NCBI GenBank assembly: GCA_035630455.1
Contig: DASQKP010000031.1
Span: 21,429-85,428, forward strand
Direction of reading: 5' to 3'
From: Thermoleophilaceae bacterium
GTDB taxonomy: Bacteria > Actinomycetota > Thermoleophilia > Solirubrobacterales > Thermoleophilaceae
DNA length: 64,000 nucleotides
The translations under genes and the position numbers were made by a program. The stretch's first letter is position 1; each line of letters starts with the position of its first letter. The notes under the pieces are model-generated. The model searched no databases. It was not told where the DNA came from and saw only the letters and a program-made list of their open reading frames with translations. Positions 1 to 8,834 of the stretch are shown in pieces.

Positions 1-227
1 TGGATCTGGCTCAGCAGGTCCTTCTTGCTGTCCATGTAGTGGTAGAGCCCGCCGCGCTGGAGGCCGGTGGCCTCGACGAGGTCCTCGATCGACGTCGCGT
101 GGTACCCGCGCTCGGCGAAGACGCGCGCCGCGCTGTCGACCACCTCGCGACGGCGCTTGTCGTAGCGGGCGCTGACCTTGCCGCCATTGCCGGCGCCGGC
201 GAAATCGGCCTTACGCTGCTTGGCCAC
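1..227 (-). CDS. TetR/AcrR-family transcriptional regulator, N-terminal part only (gene runs off the left edge)
   Basis: Minus-strand frame absent from the ORF track (no stop in window). My hand translation from GTG 227 reads VAKQRKADFAGAGNGGKVSARYDKRRREVVDSAARVFAERGYHATSIEDLVEATGLQRGGLYHYMDSKKDLLSQI, a typical TetR helix-turn-helix. The GTG overlaps the ADH stop codon, so the start is tentative. Confidence 0.6.
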   Translation of the reverse strand, partial: MAKQRKADFAGAGNGGKVSARYDKRRREVVDSAARVFAERGYHATSIEDLVEATGLQRGGLYHYMDSKKDLLSQI

Positions 228-1263
228 CGACGTCCACCAGCGCCTTGACGACGCCGCCTGAGTCTCGAGTTAGGTCTTCGAACATCTTGGGAGCCTCCTC
301 CAGGGAAACGACCTCGCCGATCAACGCCGACGGGTCCAGGAGCCCCTCGGCGAACAGCTTGACCACCTTGGGCAGGTCGTGACGGTAACCGAGGCTGCCG
401 ACGAGCGCACGCTCGAACATCACGAGGCGGTCGCAGCTGAGGCTGGCGGGCGGGCCGCCGAGCCCGACGAGGACGATGCGACCGCCGCGCTTCGCGCACT
501 CGACCGCCTGCGGCAGGACGGCGGCTACACCGGTCGAGTCGACGACGACGTCGGCCCCGCCGCCGCCGACCTCGGAGCGCACCCGCCGCTCGAGGCCGTC
601 TCCGGCCGCCAGCACGGCGAAGCCGCAGCCGGCGGCGATCGCCGCGCGCCGCTCGTCGGGCTCGACCACGACGGCACGCGCGCCGAGCGCGCGTCCCGTC
701 AGGGCCGCCGCCGCGCCGATCGGCCCGAAGCCCAGAACCAGCAGGTCGTCGCCGGCGCCAAGGCCTCCGCGCTCGAGCGCGTGCAGCGCCACCGCGAACG
801 GCTCGGTGAGCGCGGCGACCTGGTCGGACACGGCGTCGTCGAGCGCGACGAGGCAGTAGTCGGGCACGACGACGTGGCTGGCGAAGGCCCCGTCGGAGTG
901 CAGGCCGATCGAGGCGCCGTAGCGGCAGCGGTGGTAGTCGCCCGCCTCGCACGCGGCGCAGCGCCCGCAGCGCCAGCAGGCGTCAGCGGTCACGCGGGTG
1001 CCGGCCGGCGGCCCGGACGCCCCCTCGCCGACGGCGACGACGACACCGGAGAACTCGTGGCCGAGGGTGATCGGCGCCTGCCGCCCGGTGAGCGGGTGCG
1101 GCTCGTCGCGGATCATCTTCGGACCGTCGCGGAACTCGTTCAGATCGCTTCCGCAGATCCCGCAGAAACTGACTTCGACGAGCGCCTGCCCCGGTCCCGG
1201 CGCCGGGCGCTCGACCTCGTCGAGCCGGATGTCGCCGGCGCCGTGCCAGCGCAGCGCCTTCAC
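211..1263 (-). CDS. Zinc-dependent alcohol dehydrogenase (MDR superfamily; butanediol/sorbitol dehydrogenase-like)
   Basis: 350-aa ORF. Carries CGICGSD and GHEFSG zinc-ADH motifs, a second Cys cluster (CWRCGRCAACEAG) and a Rossmann motif LVLGFGPIG. Confidence 0.9.
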   Translation of the reverse strand: MKALRWHGAGDIRLDEVERPAPGPGQALVEVSFCGICGSDLNEFRDGPKMIRDEPHPLTGRQAPITLGHEFSGVVVAVGEGASGPPAGTRVTADACWRCGRCAACEAGDYHRCRYGASIGLHSDGAFASHVVVPDYCLVALDDAVSDQVAALTEPFAVALHALERGGLGAGDDLLVLGFGPIGAAAALTGRALGARAVVVEPDERRAAIAAGCGFAVLAAGDGLERRVRSEVGGGGADVVVDSTGVAAVLPQAVECAKRGGRIVLVGLGGPPASLSCDRLVMFERALVGSLGYRHDLPKVVKLFAEGLLDPSALIGEVVSLEEAPKMFEDLTRDSGGVVKALVDVGGQAA

Positions 1264-1285
1264 CGGTCTCCTCCGCCCAGCACGG

Positions 1286-2467
1286 TCAGCACCCGAGGTG
1301 GCGCGCGATCACCAGGCGCTGGATCTCGTTCGTGCCCTCGCCGATCTCGAGCACCTTCGCGTCGCAGTAGAAGCGCGCGACCGGGTACTCGTGCATGTAG
1401 CCGTAGCCGCCGTGGATCTGGACGGCCTCGGACACCGCGCTGACCGCCAGGCTCGACGACAGCAGCTTCGCCATCGCCCCCTCCTTGCCGAACGGCTTGC
1501 CCGCGTCACGCAGCGCGGCCGCCCGGTAGACGAGCAGCTTGACGGCCTCCAGCTGGGCGGCGATGTCGGCGAGCTTGAACTGGATCGCCTGGAACTTCGA
1601 CAGTGTGCGCCCGAACTGCCGCCGCTCCTTGGCGTAGGCCAGCGCCATCTCGAGCACCGCCTCCGCGAGCGATATGCCCAGCGTCGCGACCGTGATCCGC
1701 CCGACGTCGAGGACGGCGAGGAACTGCGACAGGCCTTGGCCGGCTACACCGACGACGTGGTCGTCGCTCAGCTCGACGTCGTCGAAGTTCAGCTCGCGGC
1801 TGTCGAGGGCATGCCAGCCGATGCCGCGCAGCTTCGGGCCGAACGAGAACCCAGGGGTCCCCTTCGGCATCAGCAGGGTGACGTAGCCGCCGTCGGTGTC
1901 CTTGGCGTCCTCGGACGCGACGCGCGCGAGGATCACCGGCCCGAGGCTCATGTCGGTGCAGGCGTTCGAGATGAACGTCTTCGACCCTGAGACCACCCAG
2001 CCGCCATCGACGCGCTTGGCGACCGTCTGGATGCCGGCGGCGTCGGAGCCGGCGTTCGGCTCGGTCAGCCCGAACGAGGCCAGCTTCTCGCCGCGCGCGA
2101 TCGGGGTGAGCCAGCGGTCCCGTTGCTCGTCGTCCCCGAAGGTCAGCAGGGGCAACGTCCCGATCGTGAGGTGCGCCTGCCAGGCCGCCGCCACCGACTG
2201 GTCGGCCTTGCCGACCTCGAAGAGGGCCGCCACGAGAGCGCGCGTCGACATGCCGGTGCCGCCGAAGCGCTCGGGCACGAGCAGGCCCATCAGGTCGAGC
2301 TCGCCCATCTTGCGGAACAGCTCGACCGGGAACCGCTCCTCCTGCCACCAACCAGCGGCGTGGGGTGCGATCTCTCCGGCCGCGAAGTCGCGGGCGAGAT
2401 CCCTCAGCGCCGACTCCTCGGCCGTGAGCGAATCCTCTAGTGCGGTGACGACGGGGGTGGATGCCAT
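1286..2467 (-). CDS. Acyl-CoA dehydrogenase
   Basis: ORF 1286-2659 trimmed to ATG 2467 (MASTPVVTALEDSLTAEESALRDLARDFA...). The C-terminus QIHGGYGYMHEYPVARFYCDAKVLEIGEGTNEIQRLVIARHL is the canonical ACAD signature. Confidence 0.9.
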   Translation of the reverse strand: MASTPVVTALEDSLTAEESALRDLARDFAAGEIAPHAAGWWQEERFPVELFRKMGELDLMGLLVPERFGGTGMSTRALVAALFEVGKADQSVAAAWQAHLTIGTLPLLTFGDDEQRDRWLTPIARGEKLASFGLTEPNAGSDAAGIQTVAKRVDGGWVVSGSKTFISNACTDMSLGPVILARVASEDAKDTDGGYVTLLMPKGTPGFSFGPKLRGIGWHALDSRELNFDDVELSDDHVVGVAGQGLSQFLAVLDVGRITVATLGISLAEAVLEMALAYAKERRQFGRTLSKFQAIQFKLADIAAQLEAVKLLVYRAAALRDAGKPFGKEGAMAKLLSSSLAVSAVSEAVQIHGGYGYMHEYPVARFYCDAKVLEIGEGTNEIQRLVIARHLGC

Positions 2468-2475
2468 TGGCAAAG

Positions 2476-2495
2476 TATATCGAACAGTTGGTATA
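2476..2495. promoter_or_regulatory. AT-rich imperfect palindrome TATATCGAACAGTTGGTATA, candidate operator inside the 37-bp divergent ACAD/E2 promoter region
   Basis: Read directly. 15/20 identical to a second copy at 17925-17944. Its TATA arms coincide with -10-like hexamers on both strands (TATAAC 2492-2497 on plus; TATACT 2479-2474 on minus). Confidence 0.5.
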
Positions 2496-2504
2496 ACTTT
2501 CCAA

Positions 2505-3764
2505 ATGGCCGCCCCCACCGCCACGGAGTCCGCGACCGGAACCGTCGTCATGCCCCGCCTCTCCGATTCGATGGAAGAGGGCACGATCCTCGAGTGGCTC
2601 AAGGGAGACGGCGACGCCGTCCTGAGCGGCGCCGATCTGGTCGAGATCGAGACCGACAAGGCGACGACCGTCTACGCCAGCGACTTCGAGGGAACGCTGC
2701 GAATCCTCGTTGCCGTGGGCGAGACCGTGGCGGTCGGCACGCCGATCGCCGAGGTCGGCGAGCCTGGATCCTCACCTGCGGCCCCTCCCCCCGCGGATGC
2801 GACTCCCGCCGACGCGACTGAGCCCACCGCCGCTCCCGCCCCCACCGCAACCACGGAGCCGCTTGAGGCTCGCGTGGCCGCCACGCCGGTGGCGCGCCGG
2901 ATGGCCCGGGAGCACGGCCTCGACCTCGCCGAAGTGGCGGGCAGCGGCCGCGACGGACGCGTCTCGAAGGCCGACGTCGTCCGTGCGCTCGATCGGCCCG
3001 ACACGGATCCGCCGCCGGCGGCGGAACCGCCGGCAGCGCCGGTAGCGGCACCCGCACCCGCCGCGGCGACCGGAGCCGGGGGTGAGCCCGCCATCGAGCC
3101 GCTCAGTCGCACCCAGACCGTGATCGCCCAGCGGATGTCGCAGGCGAAGACGACGATCCCGGAGTTCTGGGTCGAAGCCACCGTCGACATGTCGGCGGCG
3201 GTCGAGCTGCGAGAGCAGATCAAGCAGGCGTCGGACGGTCGGGCTCCCTCGCTCAACGACTTCGTCATCCGAGCGTGCGCCGTGACGCTGCGTGACCACC
3301 CCCGCTTCAACGCGTCCTACGAAGGCGACCGGATCGCGTTGTGGCCGCGGATCAACATCGGCATGGCGGTCGCGGCCGAGGCGACGCTCGTCGTGCCGAC
3401 GATCTTCGACGCCGACCGCAAGGCGCTCGGCGAGATCGCCCGCGAGACCCGCGCCCTGGCCGGGCGGGTACGCGAGGGCACCGTCGTTCCCGCCGACCTC
3501 GGCGGCGGGACCTTCACCGTGTCGAACCTCGGCGGGATGGGCATCACGCGCTTCGCCGCGGTCATCAACCCACCTCAGGCCGCGATCCTCGCCGTCGGCG
3601 CCGTCGTCCGGGCGCCGGTCGAGGTCGACGGCGCGCTGCGCTTCCGGCCGACGATGACCGTCGGCCTGACCTGCGACCACCGGGTCGTCTACGGCGCCGA
3701 CGCCGCCGCCTTCCTCGCCGACCTTCGGGACCGCCTGGAGCGGCCGCTGCTGCTCGCACTCTGA
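2505..3764 (+). CDS. Dihydrolipoamide acyltransferase (E2) of a 2-oxoacid/acetoin dehydrogenase complex
   Basis: Lipoyl domain with ETDKA lipoyl-lysine motif, Ala/Pro linkers, subunit-binding domain (ATPVARRMAREHGLDLAEVAGSGRDGRVSKADV) and catalytic motif DHRVVYGADAAAFL. ATG 2505 preferred; ATG 2550 (MPRLSDSMEEG) is an alternative start. Confidence 0.9.
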   Translation: MAAPTATESATGTVVMPRLSDSMEEGTILEWLKGDGDAVLSGADLVEIETDKATTVYASDFEGTLRILVAVGETVAVGTPIAEVGEPGSSPAAPPPADATPADATEPTAAPAPTATTEPLEARVAATPVARRMAREHGLDLAEVAGSGRDGRVSKADVVRALDRPDTDPPPAAEPPAAPVAAPAPAAATGAGGEPAIEPLSRTQTVIAQRMSQAKTTIPEFWVEATVDMSAAVELREQIKQASDGRAPSLNDFVIRACAVTLRDHPRFNASYEGDRIALWPRINIGMAVAAEATLVVPTIFDADRKALGEIARETRALAGRVREGTVVPADLGGGTFTVSNLGGMGITRFAAVINPPQAAILAVGAVVRAPVEVDGALRFRPTMTVGLTCDHRVVYGADAAAFLADLRDRLERPLLLAL

Positions 3765-3766
3765 CT

Positions 3767-4717
3767 ATGGCCCGTTCTAAAGCACAGACCCAGGAACTGC
3801 TCGACAGCTACCGCACGATGCTGCGCATCCGCCGCTTCGAGGAGGCCGTCGCGCGCCACTTCCGCGCCGGCGACGTCCACGGCTTCGTCCACGTGTCGAT
3901 CGGCCAGGAGGCCGTCGCCGCGGGCGCCTGTGGACCCCTCGGCGCCGGCGACGTCATCACCACGACGCATCGCGGCCACGGCCACTGCATCGCCAAGGGC
4001 GCAGACCCCGAAGCGATGATGGCGGAGCTCTTCGGCCGCGACACGGGAATCTGCCGTGGCAAGGGAGGGTCGATGCACATCGCCGACCCCGCGCTCGGCA
4101 TCCTCGGCGCGAACGGGGTCGTCGGCGGCGGAATCCCGCTGGCGGTCGGAGCCGGACTGGCGGCGCGAGTGCGGCGTACCGGCACGATCGCGATGCCGTT
4201 CTTCGGCGAGGGCGCCGTCCATTCGGGCGCGTTCCACGAAGCGATGACGCTCGCGGTCGCGTGGTCGCTGCCGGTGGTGTTCGTCTGCGAGGACAACGGC
4301 TATGCCGAGTTCACCCGGTCCGGATCCTGGAAGGGACCGACCGTGGCCGACCGCGCGCGCAGCTACGGCATGCCCGCGGAGGAGGTCGACGGCAGCGACG
4401 TGCTCGCCGTGCGCGCGGCCGTGCTCGCCAGCGCCGAGCCTGCCCGCGCGGGCGACGGGCCCCGCTTCCTCGTCGCCCACACGTTCCGCTTCAGCGGCCA
4501 CTACGAGGGCGACCCGGAGCCCTACCGCGAGGACGACGACCGTGCCCTCTGGGACGAGCGCGACCCGCTGGCGGTGGCCCGCAAGGCGCTCGGCAGCCGG
4601 CACGACGCGGCGCTCGAGCAGCTCGGCGAGCAGGTGGCCGAGGAGATCGACGCCGCAGTCAAGCGCGCCGCCGAGGCGCCCTACCCCACCGCAAGCGAGG
4701 TCTTCGATCATGTCTGA
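3767..4717 (+). CDS. 2-oxoacid dehydrogenase E1 component, alpha subunit (TPP-dependent)
   Basis: ATG lies 2 nt after the E2 stop (MARSKAQTQELLDSYRTMLRIRRFEE...). TPP-binding motif GEGAVHSGAFHEAMTLAVAWSLPVVFVCEDNGYA. Confidence 0.9.
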   Translation: MARSKAQTQELLDSYRTMLRIRRFEEAVARHFRAGDVHGFVHVSIGQEAVAAGACGPLGAGDVITTTHRGHGHCIAKGADPEAMMAELFGRDTGICRGKGGSMHIADPALGILGANGVVGGGIPLAVGAGLAARVRRTGTIAMPFFGEGAVHSGAFHEAMTLAVAWSLPVVFVCEDNGYAEFTRSGSWKGPTVADRARSYGMPAEEVDGSDVLAVRAAVLASAEPARAGDGPRFLVAHTFRFSGHYEGDPEPYREDDDRALWDERDPLAVARKALGSRHDAALEQLGEQVAEEIDAAVKRAAEAPYPTASEVFDHV

Positions 4718-5687
4718 AACTCCGCGCTACATGGAGGCGGTCAACCAGGCGCTCGCCGACGAGATGGAGCGCGACGACGACGTCATCCTGATGGGAGTCG
4801 ACGTCGGCGAGGCCGGCGGCGTCTACGGCGTCACCAAGGGCCTCTACGAGCGCTTCGGCGCGGAGCGGGTCTGGGACACGCCGATCGCCGAAGCCGGCGT
4901 GCTCGGCGCGGCGACCGGCGCCGCCATCTCCGGGCTGCGCCCCGTCGCCGAGGTGATGTACATGGACTTCATCTCGGTCTGCCTCGACCCGATCGTCAAC
5001 CAGGCGGCGAAGCTCCGCTACATGACCGGCGGCGGCGTGACGGTGCCGATAGTGTTCCGGATGCAGACCGGCGGCGGCCGCAGCGGCGGCGCCCAGCACT
5101 CCCAGAGCCTCGAGGCCGTGTTGGCCCACATTCCCGGCCTGAAGGTCTTCTGCCCCGCCGACGCCCGCGACGCGCACGACCTGCTCGTCGAGGCGATCCG
5201 CGACCCGGGGCCCGTCTGCTACGTCGAGAACCGGCGCCTCTACCGGCGCCGCGACGACGAGTGGGACCGCCCCGCCCTGCCCGCCGGGCAGCCGCGGATC
5301 GTGCGCGCAGGCGAAGGAGCGACGGTCGTGACGTGGGGCCGGATGGTCTCCGAGACGCGTGCCGTCCTCGACGAGCTGGACGGCGCCGCGGCGAACGTCG
5401 AGCTGATCGACCTCCGCACGCTCGTGCCGTGCGACCTCGCGATCGTCGCGGAGAGCGTGCGCCGGACCGGCCGCTGCCTGGTCGTCCACGAAGCGGTCGA
5501 GCGTCATGGACCAGGCGGCGAGATCGTCGCGCGACTGGTCGAGCAGGTGCTCTGGCACGTCGACGGCCCGGTGCGACGCCTCGGCGCGCTGCCGACGCCG
5601 GTCCCCTACAGCCCCCCGCTCGAGGCCGAGATGCTGCCGTCGCCTGAGCGGATCGCCGAGGCGATCCGCGCGCTGCTCGACGACTGA
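4710..5687 (+). CDS. 2-oxoacid dehydrogenase E1 component, beta subunit
   Basis: ATG 4710 overlaps the E1alpha stop (ATGTCTGA). MSETPRYMEAVNQALADEMERDDDVILMGVDVGEAGGVYGVTKGLYERFG is typical of the transketolase-like E1beta fold. Confidence 0.9.
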   Translation: MSETPRYMEAVNQALADEMERDDDVILMGVDVGEAGGVYGVTKGLYERFGAERVWDTPIAEAGVLGAATGAAISGLRPVAEVMYMDFISVCLDPIVNQAAKLRYMTGGGVTVPIVFRMQTGGGRSGGAQHSQSLEAVLAHIPGLKVFCPADARDAHDLLVEAIRDPGPVCYVENRRLYRRRDDEWDRPALPAGQPRIVRAGEGATVVTWGRMVSETRAVLDELDGAAANVELIDLRTLVPCDLAIVAESVRRTGRCLVVHEAVERHGPGGEIVARLVEQVLWHVDGPVRRLGALPTPVPYSPPLEAEMLPSPERIAEAIRALLDD

Positions 5688-5701
5688 CTGCCACGGGAGC
5701 G

Positions 5702-6484
5702 TCAGCCGATGCCGGTCCAGCGCGGCGGGCGGCGCTCGAGGAAGGCCTGCGGCCCCTCGACGGCGTCCTCGGTCGCGCGCACTCGCACCCAGGAGGAGTC
5801 GTTCTGGCGCCAGCCGTCGGCGGCCGTCCCCTCGACCGTCGCGGCGACGATCGCCATGCTCTCCTCGATCGCCACCGGGGCGTTGGCCGCGATCCGGCCG
5901 GCGATCTCGAGCGCCCGGTCGAGGACCTCGGCGCGCGGCACGCAGTGGTTGACCAGCCCGAGCCGCTCGGCCTCGGCCGCTCCGATCCGGTCGGCGGTCA
6001 AGATCAGCTCGAGGGCCTTCTTCGGACCGATCGCCTGCGGCAGGCGGATCAGCCCGCCGGCCCCGGCGATGATGCCGACCCGGACCTCGGGCAGCGAGAA
6101 CTGGGCCTCCTCGGCGGCGACCACGATGTCGCAGGCGAGCGCCAGCTCGCATCCGCCGGCGAGCGCGAATCCGTTGACGGCCGCGATCAGCGGCTTGCGT
6201 CGCCGCCCGCGAACGATCCCGCAGAAGCCGCCCTCGATTCCGATGATGCCGTCGAGCTCGCCGCGGTCGAGGGCGCCCAGGTCGGCGCCGGCCGAGAAGG
6301 CGCTACCGGCGCCTGTCAGCACCCCGACGCGCACCTCGGGATCGTCCTCGAGCCGGCGGATCGTCGCGGCAACCGCGCTCGACGTCGCCGCGTCGACGGC
6401 GTTGCGCAGCTCCGGGCGGTTGAGCGTGACGATCGCGACCTGTCCGCGCCGCTCCCAGAGGACGTTCGCCTCGGCGTCGCTCAT
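5702..6484 (-). CDS. Enoyl-CoA hydratase/isomerase (crotonase family)
   Basis: ORF trimmed to ATG 6484 (ATGA overlap with the SDR stop). VAIVTLNRPELRNAVD ... LTGAGSAFSAGADL crotonase motifs. Confidence 0.9.
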   Translation of the reverse strand: MSDAEANVLWERRGQVAIVTLNRPELRNAVDAATSSAVAATIRRLEDDPEVRVGVLTGAGSAFSAGADLGALDRGELDGIIGIEGGFCGIVRGRRRKPLIAAVNGFALAGGCELALACDIVVAAEEAQFSLPEVRVGIIAGAGGLIRLPQAIGPKKALELILTADRIGAAEAERLGLVNHCVPRAEVLDRALEIAGRIAANAPVAIEESMAIVAATVEGTAADGWRQNDSSWVRVRATEDAVEGPQAFLERRPPRWTGIG

Positions 6485-7266
6485 GCGAGCAGCCCGCCGT
6501 CGACGTAGAGCGTCACGCCGTTGACGTAGGCGGCGGCATCCGACGCGAGGAAGGCGATGGCCGCGGCGATGTCGCCCGGCTGGCCCCAGCGGCGCAGCGG
6601 GATCTGCTCGATGCTCGACTCGAAGAACTCGCCGTCGTTGCGCAACCCGCTGCTGAGCTGGGTGTCGATCCAGCCCGGGCCGAGGCAGTTGACGCGCACG
6701 CCGCGCGGGCCCCACTCGCGCGCCGCCGCGCGGCTCAGCCCGACGACCGCGGCCTTGGCGGCGGAGTAGTAGGACATCTTCTCGATCCCGCGTCGCGCGG
6801 CGATCGAGACCACGTTGGTCACAGACGACTCGGCCGGGCGCTCGAACAGCAGCGGCGCACACGCGCGCATGACGTTCTGGACGGCGGTCAGGTTGAGCGC
6901 GATCGCCTGGTCGAAGTGCTCCGGGTCGACCTTCTCGATCGCTCGGATCCACTGCGCCCCGCCCGCGTTGTTGACGACGATCTGCAGCCCTCCGAGCTCG
7001 TCGCCGACCCGGCTGACGAGGCTCTCGACCTGCTCTCGATCGGTCACGTCGCAGGTGATCGGCAGCGCGCGCCGGCCAAGCGCCTCCACCTCGGCCGCCA
7101 CGGACTCGATCTCATCCGCGGTCCGCGCGGCCAGCGCGACGTCGGCGCCGAGCTGCGCTAACGCGAGCGCGGTGGCGCGGCCGATCCCACGGCCGGCGCC
7201 CGTCACGAGCGCCGTCCGACCGTCGAGGCCGAAATCGACCCTGTCCGAAATTGCCTCGGCCGTCAT
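6481..7266 (-). CDS. Short-chain dehydrogenase/reductase (3-hydroxyacyl-CoA/3-oxoacyl reductase-like)
   Basis: TGAGRGIG cofactor motif, NNAG, and catalytic YSAAKAAV (YxxxK). Confidence 0.9.
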   Translation of the reverse strand: MTAEAISDRVDFGLDGRTALVTGAGRGIGRATALALAQLGADVALAARTADEIESVAAEVEALGRRALPITCDVTDREQVESLVSRVGDELGGLQIVVNNAGGAQWIRAIEKVDPEHFDQAIALNLTAVQNVMRACAPLLFERPAESSVTNVVSIAARRGIEKMSYYSAAKAAVVGLSRAAAREWGPRGVRVNCLGPGWIDTQLSSGLRNDGEFFESSIEQIPLRRWGQPGDIAAAIAFLASDAAAYVNGVTLYVDGGLLA

Positions 7267-8834
7267 GCCACGACCTCCGCCTGCTCGCGCTCGCGCAGCG
7301 CCCGCTTGAGGACCTTGCCGGAGGGGTTGCGCGGCAGCTCGTCCACGAACCGGAAGCCCTTCGGCACCTTGTAGCCAGAGAGCCGCTCGCGGCAGAACGC
7401 CGTCAGCTCGTCCGGCGACGGCACCGCCTCGCCGCGCGCGACGACGTAGGCGACCGGAGCCTCTCCCCAGCGCTCGTCGGGCCGCCCGACGACGGCGACC
7501 TCGGAGACCGCGGGGTGCTCGTAGAGAACCCGCTCGACCTCCGAGGAGGCGATGTTCTCGCCGCCAGAGAGGATCATGTCCTTGAGCCGGTCGACGATGA
7601 ACAGGTATCCGTCTTCGTCAAGCATGCCGATGTCGCCGGTGTGCAGCCAGCCTCCGCGCAACGCAATTGCCGTCGTCTCCTCGTCGTAGATGTAGCCCTT
7701 GCAGACTTTCGGCCCGCGCATGACGATCTCGCCGGGCGTGTTGGGCGGCACGGGCCGGTCGTCCTCGTCGACTATCCGGACCTCCGCGTTGCAGACTGGC
7801 CGGCCGACCGAGCCCAGCTTGTGGGTCGTCAGGCGCTTGTCGAGGAAGGTGTCGCCGCTGACTGTCTCGGTCATCCCGTAGCCATCGGCGAACCATGCGT
7901 TGGGAAACGCTGCCAGCACGCGCTCGATCAGCGGCAGTGGCATCTTCTCGCCGCCGTCGCTGAGCAGCAGCACCGAACTCAGGTCACGCTCGCCGAGCGA
8001 CGGATCGGCGAGAACCGAGTTGATCATCACCGGCGCCATCCAGACGTGGGTGATCCGCAGCCGCTCGATGGCGTCGAGCGCCTGGGCCGCGTCGAAGCGA
8101 CGCAGGATGTGGCTCTCGCCACCGACCTGGAGCATCGACGTGGTCACCATGTCGAGGCCGCCAACGTGGTAGAGCGGTCCGCAGACCAGGTTGCGGTGCG
8201 CGGCGGTGAACCCGAACTCGACGGTGTGCGCGAGGTTCTTGGCTTCGAGGTTGGCGAACGTGATCATCACGCCCTTGGGTCGCGACGTCGTTCCGGACGT
8301 GTACATCAGCCTCGCCATGTCGTCGCCGGCCACCTCGACCGGCGCCTCGATCGGCTCGGCCGCCGCGCCCAGCGCGTCCAGCTCGGTCCAGCCCTCATGC
8401 GGGAGGAGGCCGATCACGCCGTCGCAGCACAGCTCGCCGGCGGCCTCGACCAACTCGGCGAGCTCCGGCTCGCTGATCAGCAGTCGCGTGCGTGCGTGGT
8501 TGACGATGTAGTTCAGCTCGGGCCCCGCCAGGCGCCAGTTGAGCGGCATCAACACTGCGCCGATGTGGGCGCAGGCGTACATCAGCTCGACGAAGCGGAT
8601 GTCGTTGTGCAGCAGCACGCCGACCACGTCGCCGCGCCGTGCCCCGGCGGTGGCGAGCGCGCCGGCCGTCGTCTTGACCCGCTCGTGGAGCTGCGCCCAT
8701 GTCATCTGCGACCCGTTGCCCGCCAGCGCCAGCGCGCCGCCGCGGCGGTCGGCGTGGTGAGCGAGCACGCGGCTCGGGTTGACCGCGGGCTGCTCCACGA
8801 GTCCGTCCGCGCGACCGCCGTTGGCGGCGCTCAT
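7263..8834 (-). CDS. AMP-forming acyl-CoA synthetase / ligase
   Basis: ORF trimmed to ATG 8834 (ATGA overlap). Motifs YTSGTTSRPKGV, GWLHTGDIG and C-terminal PRNPSGKVLKRAL. Confidence 0.9.
   Translation of the reverse strand: MSAANGGRADGLVEQPAVNPSRVLAHHADRRGGALALAGNGSQMTWAQLHERVKTTAGALATAGARRGDVVGVLLHNDIRFVELMYACAHIGAVLMPLNWRLAGPELNYIVNHARTRLLISEPELAELVEAAGELCCDGVIGLLPHEGWTELDALGAAAEPIEAPVEVAGDDMARLMYTSGTTSRPKGVMITFANLEAKNLAHTVEFGFTAAHRNLVCGPLYHVGGLDMVTTSMLQVGGESHILRRFDAAQALDAIERLRITHVWMAPVMINSVLADPSLGERDLSSVLLLSDGGEKMPLPLIERVLAAFPNAWFADGYGMTETVSGDTFLDKRLTTHKLGSVGRPVCNAEVRIVDEDDRPVPPNTPGEIVMRGPKVCKGYIYDEETTAIALRGGWLHTGDIGMLDEDGYLFIVDRLKDMILSGGENIASSEVERVLYEHPAVSEVAVVGRPDERWGEAPVAYVVARGEAVPSPDELTAFCRERLSGYKVPKGFRFVDELPRNPSGKVLKRALREREQAEVVA

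Noticed and set aside
11-1443. Long ORFs 11-952 (-) and 379-1443 (+) overlapping the alcohol dehydrogenase gene
   Set aside because: Their translations are dominated by Arg/Pro/Ala/Gly runs (RRRGRRRRR...). That is typical of off-frame or antisense shadow ORFs in high-GC DNA. The ADH frame has clear family motifs.
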